A stretch of 64,000 nucleotides of DNA from Candidatus Fraserbacteria bacterium (GTDB lineage Bacteria; Bipolaricaulota; Bipolaricaulia; RBG-16-55-9; DRXL01): positions 11,296 to 75,295 of the forward strand of contig JBBIUX010000006.1 in assembly GCA_037440025.1 (NCBI GenBank), given 5' to 3'. Under the pieces are notes generated by a model. That model worked only from the letters and a program-made list of their open reading frames with translations, was not told the origin of the DNA and searched no databases. Below are positions 8,951 through 19,489 of the stretch, piece after piece. Within the stretch, counting starts at the first letter, position 1, and the number at the start of each line of letters is the position of its first letter. A program made the position numbers and the translations under genes.

Positions 8951-11900
8951 GTGAAGAAGAGCAGAGTACAGTTGGCGAGCCTGATCGCCGTGATCGCTTT
9001 TATTGTGGGCATCACGGCCATGGCTCCAGCAGCGCTGGCCAGTAAAGGCCAGGTTCTTCTCACGGATATTAACGGAACGCCCAAGCAATATTGGCGCGTG
9101 GGCGAGACACTCTTTATCACGGTGATCGACCCCGATGAGAACCGTGATTCAGATGAGGTCGAGTTCCTGAAGGGCAGTTTGACGACCCAGTTGGGGGACG
9201 AGGTCCCCGTGGTGCAGCTCTGTGCCGGACCGTGCCCGGAGTTCCCAGATTTGAAGGCCGGTGGGGCCATTGGGGACTTTGTGAGCAGTAGGGAAGGCGA
9301 AGACAAGTTGGTCTTGCAAGAGACCGGAGTCAATACCGGGGTCTTCCGTAGCCAAACCGGTATTCTCATCACCAAAGCGACGGTTGGCCAGCCGGTCACC
9401 TTAGGGGACCAGCTCCTGCAAGTCTTCGATACCGATACGCTCTTTGTGCGCTATCAAGACCCGACCAACCCCAACGATATCGGCATCAATCTGGGCAAGA
9501 TTTATACCGGCACCGCGCCGGGCACCCGAGCACGTGCTATCATCTCTATTACTGATGCTGGTGGGAACCCGGTCAGTCTGACGGACATCGGTCGCACGAT
9601 CTTCGTCACGGTCACTGACGCGGACGAGAACACCAGCCCCACCACCATCGAGACGGTCAAGGCCACGCTCTTCAACGCCCGCACCAAGCAGGCGATGGAG
9701 CTGACCCTGGTCGAGACCGGCCCTGACACGGGCGTCTTCAGAAATGTTGACGGCGTCATCTTAGTGGACTTCAAGAACAAGGGGCGGACGCTGGGCGCCA
9801 GTGAGCTTGATGCGCTCGATAAAGACACCATTCTTGCGTTCTATCAAGCGCCCGCCGGCGTCGTTCCGGTAATAACTCCGCCGACCGGGACACGCACCGA
9901 CGTCGGCGAGAGCGCGCTCATCCGATGTGAGCGCGTCGTCCCGGTGAAATTGGCCCCCGGTGCCGAGAGCGAGATCACCGTGCGCTGCACGGCCAAGCAA
10001 CAGCTGACCGCCATCATCATCAGCGATCGGCCCGATCCGGCCTTCACTGTCACCGGCGACACCCGCGGCGGCACGATCAGCCCGCTCGCCCCGGGACAGA
10101 AGTTCGAGCTCAAATACCGAGTGCGCGCCGGAGCCGCGCCGGGAACCTTCGCCATCACAGGCTCGGCGACCCCGGCAACAGCCGCAGGCGCCGATCCAGC
10201 CAATACCGTGACCTGGACCTCGAACATCGAAGTCGCAGCTTCCGGTGCGGCGAGCGCCTTTGGCTTCGCAGCCCTGAAGGTCACCACGGTAGATTCGAGC
10301 CTGGTGACCGTCACGCGCGACGTGCCCGATACCGTCGCAGCCAATAAGGAGTTCACCGTCAAGGTGAAAGTGACGGCGAAACAAGCGCTTCGCGCTCTGC
10401 TCGTCAACGACAACGTTGATGGCTGCACGCTCGTCGGGGGAACGGTCTCCCGCGCCGGAACTATTACCCCGCTCGAGCCGGGACAGTCGTTTGAGCATAG
10501 CTATAAGCTGACCTGCCCCGAGGGCACCATCACGATCACGGGCACGGTCACCCCGGTGACCGTAGCGGGCGCACAAGCCCCCGTTACTATTAGCTCGACC
10601 TTTACCGTCGGCGCGGTCCCCGTGGCGATGCTCGGCATGGGCGATATCAATGACCCCCATGACTTCGCGGTCGCCCAAGTGAAGGTCGCCCATCGCAACC
10701 CGGCGCGCATCTCGTTCATCGGCCCCACCGGGCAAGAGATCAGCGAGTTGCGCATCGGCGATGACGTCTTCGTCCAGGTCGAGGACCGCGACCAGAACGC
10801 CGACTCCGACAGGGTCGAGCGCGTCGTCGTCATGATCTTCGACATCAACGGCGGCCAGGAGCTGGAAGTCCTGACCGAGACGGGCGTCAACACCAGCGTC
10901 TTCCGCAACACCGGCCCGTTGAAGATCGTTCCCAAGGCTGTGGCTTCCTGCCCCGTCCCCGATGACCTGACGGTCTTCGGCCAGGGCCCGGAGGTCGTCT
11001 TCACGCCCACCGTGGACGCACAGAACGACGGGCAACTGGCAGTCGCCCGCGACGACGTCATCTACGCGACCTACTTCGACGACGATGTCGCAATGATCGA
11101 GAGCATTGACGAGATCAAGCGCGCTCTCGATGCCTTCGACGTCATCGCCATTACGGCTACGATCAAGCCTTCGGCCTTCGATCAGTTTGATAAGAAGATT
11201 CGATTCGTCAACGACGCCGGTCGGCCCATTGAAGAGTACAAGGTGGGCATGGACGTCTTCGTGCAGTTAGAGGACCCCATCTCCAACTTCCGCTCCGATC
11301 TGGTGGAGCAAATCCCGGTGATCGTGCTCGACCGCCACACGGGAGATCGTGAGTGCGTCACCCTGCAGGAGACCGGCCCCAACACGGGTCTGTTTATGAA
11401 CCAGCAGGGGTTGCCACTGCGCCGCGGCCTGCCCAGCGACATCAAGCTGGGCGACGGCATCCTGCAGATGCAGGATCGCGACAACATCGAAGCGCACTTC
11501 CAGGCCGCCGATAACCCCCAAGACTACGCGGCCACGTCCATCGGGATCATCCCGCTCTTTGAGCCGCCGACACCAGTGGCCAGGCCCACGGTCAAGTTCG
11601 ACCCGGCTTCCATCGAGATCGGCAAGCCCGTCTTCATCGAAGTAACGGACGCTGGTCGCAGTGGGACGCTCACGGATGCCGTGACGCTGACGCAGCTGCG
11701 CGGCGGCACGGTCGTCAAGACCTGGAAGGTCACCGTGAATCAGACGGCCCAGGCGGGCGTCTTCCGCAGCGAGTCTATCAGCACGGGTGAGCCCGGCAGC
11801 GGCGCCACCGTTGAAGCCCAAGACGGCGACACTCTCAGAGCCGAGTACGCCGGCGCCGATCCGGCCACGGCCACGCTCTTTATCGCCAAATTCGAAGTGC

Positions 11901-12154
11901 AGGCCTTCACCGTCTCGCCCAACCCCGCGACCACCCGGGCGACCTTCCGGGTTGAGGGCACCGGCATCGAGCGGACCGCCGTGAGCGTCTACGATCTGTC
12001 GGGGAAGCTCGTCTTCACCGGCAGCAGGGCCGGCGCGTCGCTGGAGTGGACCGTCTCTGACGTGGGCAACGGCGTCTACCTCTTCGTGATCACGGCGTCG
12101 GGCAAGGGACAGACCAAGGCGAGCAAGGTCATAAAGCTCGTGGTCTTGCGCTAG
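8951..12154 (+). CDS. Large secreted adhesin-like protein: signal peptide, 5-6 cadherin-like Ca-binding repeats (..D.D.N...ETG.NTGVFR..), two DUF11-like Ig repeats, T9SS type-A C-terminal sorting domain
   Basis: Repeats VIDPDENRDSD / VTDADENTSP / VEDRDQNADSD / LEDPISNFRSD each ending ETGxNTGVFR; C-terminus SPNPATTRATFRV...VSVYDLSGKLV...GVYLFVITASGKGQTKASKVIKL matches the Por_Secre_tail pattern. Confidence 0.7.
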   Translation: MKKSRVQLASLIAVIAFIVGITAMAPAALASKGQVLLTDINGTPKQYWRVGETLFITVIDPDENRDSDEVEFLKGSLTTQLGDEVPVVQLCAGPCPEFPDLKAGGAIGDFVSSREGEDKLVLQETGVNTGVFRSQTGILITKATVGQPVTLGDQLLQVFDTDTLFVRYQDPTNPNDIGINLGKIYTGTAPGTRARAIISITDAGGNPVSLTDIGRTIFVTVTDADENTSPTTIETVKATLFNARTKQAMELTLVETGPDTGVFRNVDGVILVDFKNKGRTLGASELDALDKDTILAFYQAPAGVVPVITPPTGTRTDVGESALIRCERVVPVKLAPGAESEITVRCTAKQQLTAIIISDRPDPAFTVTGDTRGGTISPLAPGQKFELKYRVRAGAAPGTFAITGSATPATAAGADPANTVTWTSNIEVAASGAASAFGFAALKVTTVDSSLVTVTRDVPDTVAANKEFTVKVKVTAKQALRALLVNDNVDGCTLVGGTVSRAGTITPLEPGQSFEHSYKLTCPEGTITITGTVTPVTVAGAQAPVTISSTFTVGAVPVAMLGMGDINDPHDFAVAQVKVAHRNPARISFIGPTGQEISELRIGDDVFVQVEDRDQNADSDRVERVVVMIFDINGGQELEVLTETGVNTSVFRNTGPLKIVPKAVASCPVPDDLTVFGQGPEVVFTPTVDAQNDGQLAVARDDVIYATYFDDDVAMIESIDEIKRALDAFDVIAITATIKPSAFDQFDKKIRFVNDAGRPIEEYKVGMDVFVQLEDPISNFRSDLVEQIPVIVLDRHTGDRECVTLQETGPNTGLFMNQQGLPLRRGLPSDIKLGDGILQMQDRDNIEAHFQAADNPQDYAATSIGIIPLFEPPTPVARPTVKFDPASIEIGKPVFIEVTDAGRSGTLTDAVTLTQLRGGTVVKTWKVTVNQTAQAGVFRSESISTGEPGSGATVEAQDGDTLRAEYAGADPATATLFIAKFEVQAFTVSPNPATTRATFRVEGTGIERTAVSVYDLSGKLVFTGSRAGASLEWTVSDVGNGVYLFVITASGKGQTKASKVIKLVVLR

Positions 12155-12167
12155 CGAACCCACAAAT

Positions 12168-12197
12168 GTAGGGGCACGGCGGCGCCGTGCCCCTACG
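12168..12197 (+). terminator. Perfect 14-bp-stem palindrome GTAGGGGCACGGCG/CGCCGTGCCCCTAC after the adhesin gene (no U-tract)
   Basis: Exact inverted repeat seen directly; 13 nt after the stop codon. Confidence 0.5.
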
Positions 12198-12248
12198 GTA
12201 CACCAATGGTGCAAGCAATACGCAATGTATAAGGAGGTTAAGGAAACG

Positions 12249-13199
12249 ATGAACCGAAGTTTGATTCTGGCGTTGGCGCTCGTCCTTCTGACCGGCCTGA
12301 CGGCTGTGGCCCAAGAGGGCGTGGGAGCCAACCCAGTCTTCAAGAACGGCGTAGACGCGCGCGCGCTCGCCATGGGCGGAGCCTTCGTCGGCGTCGCCGA
12401 CAGCTACTCTGCGTGTTATTGGAACGCCGCGGGCGTCGCTAAAGCCGCTGCCGATCAGTCCATTAAAGTCGGCGGCATGAACACGAACCTGTTTGGAGCC
12501 GGCATCAACTACAATCACGCCGGGGCCACCTTTACGCTCTTTGGGATGCCCTGGGGCTTGAGCGTCTCGTTGGTGTCCATCACCGACATCCCGCTCGGCG
12601 ACGGCAGCATGGGCAGCAACACCGAGCTGCTCGGCACGTTCTGCGGAGCCTTCCCGCTCCCGCTGAACGGGATGAACGTCTCCGTGGGCGGGGCCGGTAA
12701 ATACTACAGCCACACGCTCTTAGATGAGTCGGCCACGGGCATCGGCTTCGATGGCGGCCTGCTGATTGACGGGCTGATTCCGGGCCTGACCATCGGCGCG
12801 GCGGCCTATGACGTGGGCGGCACGAAGATGAATTGGACCACCGGCTCAGTCGGGGTAGTGGACCAGCTCTTCCGTGTCGGCTTTGGCTTTGCCGTCTCGC
12901 CGGACTTTGTGCTGGCGGCGGGCGTGGACCTGTATGCCGGCGGGGAGATGGCGATCCGTGCCGGTGCGGAGTTCAAGGGGATTGGCCCCTTGGCGGTGCG
13001 TGCCGGTGCAGTCCGTCCGGCGGACAGCGAGCAGTTCGCGCTCACCGTTGGCGCCGGGCTGATGCTAGGCACCCTGGGCGTGGACTTTGCGTGGCTGCAG
13101 AACAACATGATCGTCGGCGAGGGCGCCAGCGACACGATCGTGCTCTCGGCTTCGTTCAGCTTCGGCGGCGCTGAAGAGATGGCGCCTCCGTCGCAGTAA
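12249..13199 (+). CDS. Outer-membrane beta-barrel protein, FadL/PorV/PorP-like; likely T9SS-associated
   Basis: Signal peptide, then ARALAMGGAFVGVADSYSACYWNAAGVA (FadL-family N-terminal motif); alternating beta-strand pattern; sits between two CTD cargo genes. ATG at 12249 with AAGGAGG SD. Confidence 0.5.
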   Translation: MNRSLILALALVLLTGLTAVAQEGVGANPVFKNGVDARALAMGGAFVGVADSYSACYWNAAGVAKAAADQSIKVGGMNTNLFGAGINYNHAGATFTLFGMPWGLSVSLVSITDIPLGDGSMGSNTELLGTFCGAFPLPLNGMNVSVGGAGKYYSHTLLDESATGIGFDGGLLIDGLIPGLTIGAAAYDVGGTKMNWTTGSVGVVDQLFRVGFGFAVSPDFVLAAGVDLYAGGEMAIRAGAEFKGIGPLAVRAGAVRPADSEQFALTVGAGLMLGTLGVDFAWLQNNMIVGEGASDTIVLSASFSFGGAEEMAPPSQ

Positions 13200-13281
13200 G
13201 GGGTACGAGACCATGTTCCGAACGGCTATCTTCACATCATCGGATAAGCAACTCGACAACAAAGAGAGAAGGAGGTACGAA

Positions 13282-16200
13282 TTGAAGTTGAGCAAGGCTC
13301 CGAACTTGCGGACGGTTATTATCGCCGTATTGGCTTTTATACTGATCGGAACTGCGGCAGATGCCTTCGGCCGCGAGCTGCGCGTCACCACTGCGGCTGA
13401 CCTCGTTAGCTGTGCGGCGGGTGTAGCGTTGGCAGCCGGCCCTGATGCAGGCCAGGTCTCGGCTCCAGGAGATACCTGTGTGGTTCTCCCGGGAACTTAT
13501 ATAGTAGCTGCCAACATTCTTGTTACTCTACAGAACCTTACCATTCGTTCAGCTATCGGTGCCAATGCGACCATCGTCAACTTAGCTACATTTGCAGTGC
13601 GCATCCAGCGAGATGGTGTGACCATCGGCGGACCAAAGATCGATCAAGGTCTGACCTTCCTGAATGGCAACTTTGCCGGCGCTATCCAGATCGGGACGGG
13701 TGCGCCCGTCGGCCAGGCGGATGAGAATATCACCATTCAGCACAACATCATCCGGAACAATGCCGGACCGGGCATCACAACGGTAGTCCCGACCTCGGTG
13801 GAGCTGTTCAAGTTCTTCCTGAACACGATCCGAGACAATCTCGGACCGGGCATCGTCTTCTTGAACGCCGGGTCGGTGGGCCGTCGTGGCCAGGACCGCA
13901 ACGTGGTCATCGAGCAGAACTACTTCGAGAACAACTTCGGTCCGAATATTATCTTCGGCAACGGCGGCAGCGTCGAACAGACAGCCATCCTGAACAACAC
14001 GATCAACCGAGCGTTCCTCGGCAGCGGCATCCAGTTCAGCAATACCGGCGAGGTGCGCGATTCGCTGATCGTGAAGAACCTTGTTCAGTTCAATACCTTC
14101 TTCGGGATGCTGTTCGTCAACACCGGCCGCGTGGATAACGTCCTGATCAAGGACAACACCGGCCCGACGCTCGATCAAGGGATCACCCGCAACATGGCCG
14201 GCGGCATTTACTTCATACTGCCCGTCACCGAGTTGCGTGACGTCACCATCGAGGGCAACAACATCAACTCGAACCAGAACTTCGCGGTTCCCTTCATCCT
14301 GGGCAACGGTATCTTCACGTTCGTCCCTGGAGACATCGAGGGGCTGGCCCTCACGGGGAACAACATTCGCCAGAACTGCAGCAACGGCGTCCTGAAGCTG
14401 CTCGGTGGCGACTTGGTGCGCTCAAGCTTCGACTCCAATAAGGTGTTCAACAACGGGTTTGGCATCGTCGCCGGCTGTCCCGTCTTCGGACCGAGCGCCG
14501 GCTTCATTGCCATCAACACGAATAATAACATCCAGGACAACAAGTTCTCCGGCAACGAGTTCCGCGAGAACAGTCTGACGGGTGCAACGCTGTTCACCAC
14601 GACCGGTGACATCAGCCGCCTGAGCTGGACCAACGATAAGTTCATCAAGAACACGGTCCGCGGCCTGTCGCTCTTCGTAGCGGCGACCGGCGACATCGCC
14701 GATCTCAGCACCAGCGGCATCGAGGTGTTAGAGAACCAGGCTGGTCCGGGCACGGGCGCAGACATCCGCACCTTGACCGGTGACATGGAGTCGTTCAACG
14801 TTGATAACAGCAAGTTCAACAACAACGGTGGCTTCGGCCTGCGCATCATCTCGCTTGGTGCGCCGCCGGCCCGCGGGGATATTGACTCAATCAAGATCAG
14901 CAACTCGCAGTTCAACTTCAACGGCACGCGCGCCCCGGTCGGTTTGGGAAGCGGCGTCCTGTTGGCTGCAGAGTCCATCCGCACCGTTGACGTGAGCAAG
15001 TCCGTGGGCACGAACAACAACGATCACGGCTTCAGCGCCGCATCCAGCCGCGATCTGGCGCTGTTCACGTTCACTGACGATGAGTTCTCCAACAACGACC
15101 GGAATGTCGATACTATCGGCAACGGCATTGACATCAGTGTCAACGAAGCGGCGAGCGAGATCACCGTGACTGGCAGCAAAGTCAACAGCAATAACAGCGG
15201 TATCAAGATCACGGCGCAAGATCGAATCGGGCGCAACTATGTGATCGAGAACAACCCAGAGATCAACAGTAACCGCGACGCGGGTATTGACTTATTCAGC
15301 GGGCGCGACCTGGATAGCGTGCGCATGGCCAACAACAGCTTGGCGCGCAACGCCATCGGCGTCCGGCTCGATGCCCACGATCGCGGTAGCCGTATCGAAC
15401 TCAACAAGAACAGAATCCTAGGGAACGACGGCGTGGGCGTCGGCGTGTTGCTCAATACCTCCGGCACGACCATCACTGAGAACAGCATCCGCAACAACGC
15501 CACGGGTATCGAAGCGCGCAAGGTGCGTGACAATAAGATCACCAAGAACAACATCGCGCGCAACGAGAACTTCGGCGTGGATGCCAACGCGCTCTCGCCG
15601 GGCGAGTCCATTGATGCCAAGGAGAACTGGTGGGGTGAGCCTTCTGGTCCAAAGCACGCCACCAACCCCGGCGGCATCGGCGACCGCGTCACCGACAAAG
15701 TGACGTTCGTGCCGTTCCTGACCGAGCCGGCCTTCCCCACGGAAGCCGTCTTCCAGATCGAGAACCTTGAACCGCTGACCTTTGATGTCACCGTGGGTGA
15801 CAGCGTGACCTTCAGGTATAGGATCAAGAACAACGGCACCGAAGAGGACACGCAGACCGTGACGATCACGATCAAGGACGGCCTGGGCAACGTCGTCCTG
15901 CAGACGAGCAAGCAGGTCACGGTCAACCCCGCGGGCTTCAGAGAAGATCAGTTCAGCTTCATCTTCCAGACGCCCGGCGAGTACACGGTGACCGTGGAGA
16001 CGCCCGACGACAGCAAGAGAGCCCAGGGAACCGTCGCCGGTGGAGCCGCGTGCTTGCCGTTCGCCTTGGACACCAACAAGAACAAGGTGCTCGACGACGC
16101 GGAGATCATCACCGCGATAGACCTGTGGGTCAAGAACGGCGATGTCCCCGGCTGCAGCCCACCACTGAAGATCAGCGACACCCAGATCATCCAGCTGATC

Positions 16201-16911
16201 GACCTGTGGGTCAAGGGCAGCCAGCTGACCGTGCCGTTGGGCGGCAAGTTCACCCCGGCCTCGGTCGTCAACCCGACGACCGCCAAGGTCGCGACCCTGG
16301 CCGCGAGCGTCCGCACCGTCCGCCCCGGTGAGTCCTTCACCGTGACGGTGCAGCTCGACGCCAAGGACGGCATCAACGGGCTGCTGATCGCCCAGAGCCT
16401 GCCCACCGGTTGGAGCGTCACGCCCGCTCAGCTCAATGGCGCGTACTACAAAGCTTCTGAGAACAAGTGGCTCTGGCTCAACGCCAAGGGCACGGTCATG
16501 CTCAGCTATACCGTGACCGTTCCGGCCAGCGCCGGGCCCGGCGTCTACACCATTGCCGGGCGGGTGAAGGCCGCGGTGCCCAGCGTGGAAGCGGAGCTGC
16601 AGCCCCTGACCGTCGAAGTGCTCGGTGCGCCGGTCGCTCTGGCGGTGAAGTCCATCACGCTCAGCCAAGCGCCGGTGCGCAACTCTGGGGCGTACTTCGT
16701 GGTCGAGGGCGTGGGGATCGCGCAAACGACGGTCCACGTCTTCAACTTGAGCGGCAAGCTGGTCTTCAACCAGAGTGCTCAGGGCAACGTCGTGCCGTTC
16801 TCGGCAGCGAGCGAGTTGGCCAACGGCGTCTATCTATACATCGTGACGGTCAAGGGTGCGGACGGGCAGACCGTGACGAGCAAGATCCAGAAGCTCGTCG
16901 TGCTCCGATAA
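13282..16911 (+). CDS. Secreted right-handed parallel beta-helix (NosD/pectate-lyase-like) repeat protein with an internal EF-hand/dockerin-like module and T9SS type-A CTD
   Basis: Dozens of ~22-aa N/G-rich beta-helix rungs; NWWGEPSGP motif; DTNKNKVLDDAE EF-hand loop; C-terminus ...VHVFNLSGKLV...GVYLYIVTVKGADGQTVTSKIQKLVVLR. Probable TTG start at 13282 with AGGAGG SD (ORF track start 13213). Confidence 0.7.
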   Translation: MKLSKAPNLRTVIIAVLAFILIGTAADAFGRELRVTTAADLVSCAAGVALAAGPDAGQVSAPGDTCVVLPGTYIVAANILVTLQNLTIRSAIGANATIVNLATFAVRIQRDGVTIGGPKIDQGLTFLNGNFAGAIQIGTGAPVGQADENITIQHNIIRNNAGPGITTVVPTSVELFKFFLNTIRDNLGPGIVFLNAGSVGRRGQDRNVVIEQNYFENNFGPNIIFGNGGSVEQTAILNNTINRAFLGSGIQFSNTGEVRDSLIVKNLVQFNTFFGMLFVNTGRVDNVLIKDNTGPTLDQGITRNMAGGIYFILPVTELRDVTIEGNNINSNQNFAVPFILGNGIFTFVPGDIEGLALTGNNIRQNCSNGVLKLLGGDLVRSSFDSNKVFNNGFGIVAGCPVFGPSAGFIAINTNNNIQDNKFSGNEFRENSLTGATLFTTTGDISRLSWTNDKFIKNTVRGLSLFVAATGDIADLSTSGIEVLENQAGPGTGADIRTLTGDMESFNVDNSKFNNNGGFGLRIISLGAPPARGDIDSIKISNSQFNFNGTRAPVGLGSGVLLAAESIRTVDVSKSVGTNNNDHGFSAASSRDLALFTFTDDEFSNNDRNVDTIGNGIDISVNEAASEITVTGSKVNSNNSGIKITAQDRIGRNYVIENNPEINSNRDAGIDLFSGRDLDSVRMANNSLARNAIGVRLDAHDRGSRIELNKNRILGNDGVGVGVLLNTSGTTITENSIRNNATGIEARKVRDNKITKNNIARNENFGVDANALSPGESIDAKENWWGEPSGPKHATNPGGIGDRVTDKVTFVPFLTEPAFPTEAVFQIENLEPLTFDVTVGDSVTFRYRIKNNGTEEDTQTVTITIKDGLGNVVLQTSKQVTVNPAGFREDQFSFIFQTPGEYTVTVETPDDSKRAQGTVAGGAACLPFALDTNKNKVLDDAEIITAIDLWVKNGDVPGCSPPLKISDTQIIQLIDLWVKGSQLTVPLGGKFTPASVVNPTTAKVATLAASVRTVRPGESFTVTVQLDAKDGINGLLIAQSLPTGWSVTPAQLNGAYYKASENKWLWLNAKGTVMLSYTVTVPASAGPGVYTIAGRVKAAVPSVEAELQPLTVEVLGAPVALAVKSITLSQAPVRNSGAYFVVEGVGIAQTTVHVFNLSGKLVFNQSAQGNVVPFSAASELANGVYLYIVTVKGADGQTVTSKIQKLVVLR

Positions 16912-17008
16912 AGCGAGTGGATCTCCTCGGAGGGGCGAAGCAAGACGATGCTTTGCCCCTCCAGGGGAATTACACACTATGGAAATGGAACAGGAGGTTT
17001 AGCAAGAG

Positions 17009-17800
17009 ATGAAGTTCCTTAAGAATCCGCTTGGCTTGTTTGCTTTAGCGGCCTTAGCTGTCGCCGGGATCGCGTTCCTGGTGTGGGCTGCTGGGGCGAA
17101 CGTTAACTGCGTCGGCGGTGTGTGCTATAGCACCAACGGAAGAGCTACCAATGCTGGTGGCACGAATGACGCTAACGTGACTACTGGCGTCTTCACCGGA
17201 GAGAACGACACCGCCTCCATCGAGTGCCGCGTGGTCGGCGACGATGGCGGCGATAATACCTTCAGTGCTGGCGGAGGCAGCGATACCCTCTATTTGGGGC
17301 CTCGCAAGGATGATGGTACTCAAGCAGCTATCACTGTCGAAGGCGAAGACGGCGACGACGTGATCGTTGATGGATGCAGCAGCAATAATACATTGAACGG
17401 TGGCAACGGAAACGACGTCATCATCGAAGATGCCCAAGGTACACTCGACGGCGGCGATGGCAACGACCTGTTGGCCGGCGGCCAGGACAATGACACTCTC
17501 ACCGGCGGCAATGGGAACGATGTGCTCAATCCCGGACCTGGAGATGACACCATAAACTCTTCTTCTGCAGACGGCGACGACATCGTGATCATCCACGCTG
17601 GTGATACACCTGCAGGGGCGACTAGTGACGACTACACCTGTTACGGCCACGACACCATCCTGAAGTTCGGCTACGGAAGGGATGGGGTTGTCGTGCTAAC
17701 TGCAGGACAAAAGACAGAAGAGACTGATCCGCAGACGGGCGGGACGTATACTATCACGGCTGGTGCCAACAGCACCTGCACCATCATCTACGTGGAGTAA
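17009..17800 (+). CDS. Small secreted/anchored RTX-repeat (hemolysin-type Ca-binding GGxGxD) protein, paralogue 1
   Basis: N-terminal hydrophobic segment; GGNGNDVII / [27 protein letters not shown] nonapeptide repeats; conserved C-terminus ...CTIIYVE. Confidence 0.6.
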   Translation: MKFLKNPLGLFALAALAVAGIAFLVWAAGANVNCVGGVCYSTNGRATNAGGTNDANVTTGVFTGENDTASIECRVVGDDGGDNTFSAGGGSDTLYLGPRKDDGTQAAITVEGEDGDDVIVDGCSSNNTLNGGNGNDVIIEDAQGTLDGGDGNDLLAGGQDNDTLTGGNGNDVLNPGPGDDTINSSSADGDDIVIIHAGDTPAGATSDDYTCYGHDTILKFGYGRDGVVVLTAGQKTEETDPQTGGTYTITAGANSTCTIIYVE

Positions 17801-17880
17801 GGGCTGGCGAGAGGACCCTCGGTCACCCGAGGGTCCCTCAGCCAATTAGATATTATTAGGAAAAGGAGGCCAAGCGAGAG

Positions 17881-18786
17881 ATGAAGCTCTTCAAGCTTGT
17901 GCGCAATCATTTCGCTCTGTTCTTTCTAGCGGCCTTGGCGGTCTCCGGCGTGGCCTACCTGGTGTGGGCCGTCGGAGCCAACGTCAATTGTATCGCCGGC
18001 ACGTGCTCCAGCACCAACGGCAACCAAGATACCACTTCTCCCTATGACAGCACCACCGTCTTCACAGGGGAGAACGACACGGCATCTATTGAGGCAGTGG
18101 GGAGTGGAACCAGTTGTACTAACAATATATTCCAACTGGGTGGAGGCACTGATGTTGCCTACATCCTTGACCCCCAGACTGCTTCTAAGGAGCCCATCCA
18201 GGTCCAGGGTGAAAGTGGCGATGACGTGATCCTCGATGGCTCAACGGCGAACAACTGTCTCTTGGGCAATGACGGCAACGACTTCATCGCCGAGGATGCC
18301 GTGGGCATACTCGTCGGCGGCAATGGGAACGACCTGCTCGCTGGCGGCCGGGATAATGACGTTTTGGGAGATACTGATCTTAACGGTACTTGCGCCGCTA
18401 ACGAGAGTGATCCCAACAACGATGTCTTCACCGGTGGGCCAGGCAATGATACCTACTGCACCGCCGATAACGATGGCGATGACATCGTGATCATCCACGC
18501 TGGCGATGTGCCTGCTAACAACAACGAGGATTACACCTGCGAAGGGAACGACACGATCCTGTTGTTTGGGTTCAATTTGGATCTGGTGCAAACCAAGCTT
18601 CCCACGGAGACAACGGGAAACTTCTACAACCTGACGGCTGCTCCGGCTGGCTTAGCTGGGAACCAAGTAGCCGTGGGCGATCCGGTGAACAACCCGACAG
18701 GCTCCAATACAGGAGCACGGTATACCTTCACGGCTAACAATACTGGTGCTGCTACTGGCACCTGCAACATCATCGCGGTCGAGTAA
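17881..18786 (+). CDS. RTX-repeat protein, paralogue 2
   Basis: Same architecture and many identical segments ([28 protein letters not shown]-terminal CNIIAVE). Confidence 0.6.
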   Translation: MKLFKLVRNHFALFFLAALAVSGVAYLVWAVGANVNCIAGTCSSTNGNQDTTSPYDSTTVFTGENDTASIEAVGSGTSCTNNIFQLGGGTDVAYILDPQTASKEPIQVQGESGDDVILDGSTANNCLLGNDGNDFIAEDAVGILVGGNGNDLLAGGRDNDVLGDTDLNGTCAANESDPNNDVFTGGPGNDTYCTADNDGDDIVIIHAGDVPANNNEDYTCEGNDTILLFGFNLDLVQTKLPTETTGNFYNLTAAPAGLAGNQVAVGDPVNNPTGSNTGARYTFTANNTGAATGTCNIIAVE

Positions 18787-18851
18787 GGGCTGGCTATAAA
18801 GAGCGCAGTGGGGAAGCCCTCGGAGCGCACGCTTCGGGGGCTTTTGGTTTT

Positions 18852-18920
18852 GAATCACGGAAGGCACGGAATCGCCACGGAGAGCACAGAAGAATGGTTC
18901 TCTCTGTGCCCTCCGTGATG
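18852..18920. repeat. CACGGAAG-type long hairpin repeat (family C)
   Basis: GAATCACGGAAGGCACGGAATCGCCACGG...CTGTGCCCTCCGTGATG imperfect inverted repeat; same family at 23487, 24298, 25286, 25923, 31209, 31616, 32321, 33231. Confidence 0.75.
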
Positions 18921-18984
18921 CAGAGCTTGCACGGGAAAGGGGGAGTAGGTAGGATAGCAAAGTGATTCTCTGGAGGCATTATAT

Positions 18985-19404
18985 ATGAAATGGCGTCCGG
19001 TCTATCTTGTTGGTATCGGAATCGTCGTGATCGCAGTGATCGGCGGCGGGCTCTGGTGGTGGCAAACGAGTTCCAATACCCTTGCCCCTACCCCACGCTA
19101 TCGCCCTGCCGTGCAAACCCCCCTCAGGACCGATGACCCCAACATCCGCGCAACTCTCGTCGTCTTGCAGTTGGGCAGCAACGAGGGCTTGCTGCGCGTC
19201 GTGCGCCACTACCTGCAACAGAACCCCCAAGCCGACTTCTATCACTTCATCGCCCCAGAGGGGACTATGCTGGCCCTGCGCACGGCAACTTTCTCCGACC
19301 CGGCAAAGCTCCCCCAACGGTTGCGCCAGCGCCTCGCCGCATGGCCCAAGATAACGCGCGCGGGGCGAGAAGGACTATACACCATCTACCATCTGGAGAA
19401 GTAG
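18985..19404 (+). CDS. Hypothetical membrane-anchored protein
   Basis: N-terminal TM helix (VYLVGIGIVVIAVIGGGLWWW); preceded by TAGGATAGC -10-like motif. Confidence 0.4.
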   Translation: MKWRPVYLVGIGIVVIAVIGGGLWWWQTSSNTLAPTPRYRPAVQTPLRTDDPNIRATLVVLQLGSNEGLLRVVRHYLQQNPQADFYHFIAPEGTMLALRTATFSDPAKLPQRLRQRLAAWPKITRAGREGLYTIYHLEK

Positions 19405-19489
19405 CGAGTGAGCCGGACGCGCGTTTGACAACGACTCATCCTTTTTTCTAAACTTAACTTGTTCACACTAAGAAGAGGGAGGAAAGCCC

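Noticed and set aside
9761-11035. Long antisense ORFs inside the large secreted-protein genes (e.g. 9761-11035(-), 10501-11061(-), 15418-16737(-), 14208-15020(-), 45693-46628(-))
   Set aside because: Typical open antisense frames of high-GC DNA. Their products are Arg/Gly/Pro-rich low-complexity sequence with no motifs, and they lie wholly within well-supported sense-strand genes.
12155-12224. Perfect palindrome after the adhesin gene as a possible recombination site or attachment site
   Set aside because: A single copy with no flanking integrase or direct repeats. The simplest reading is a transcription terminator-like stem-loop, listed as a feature.
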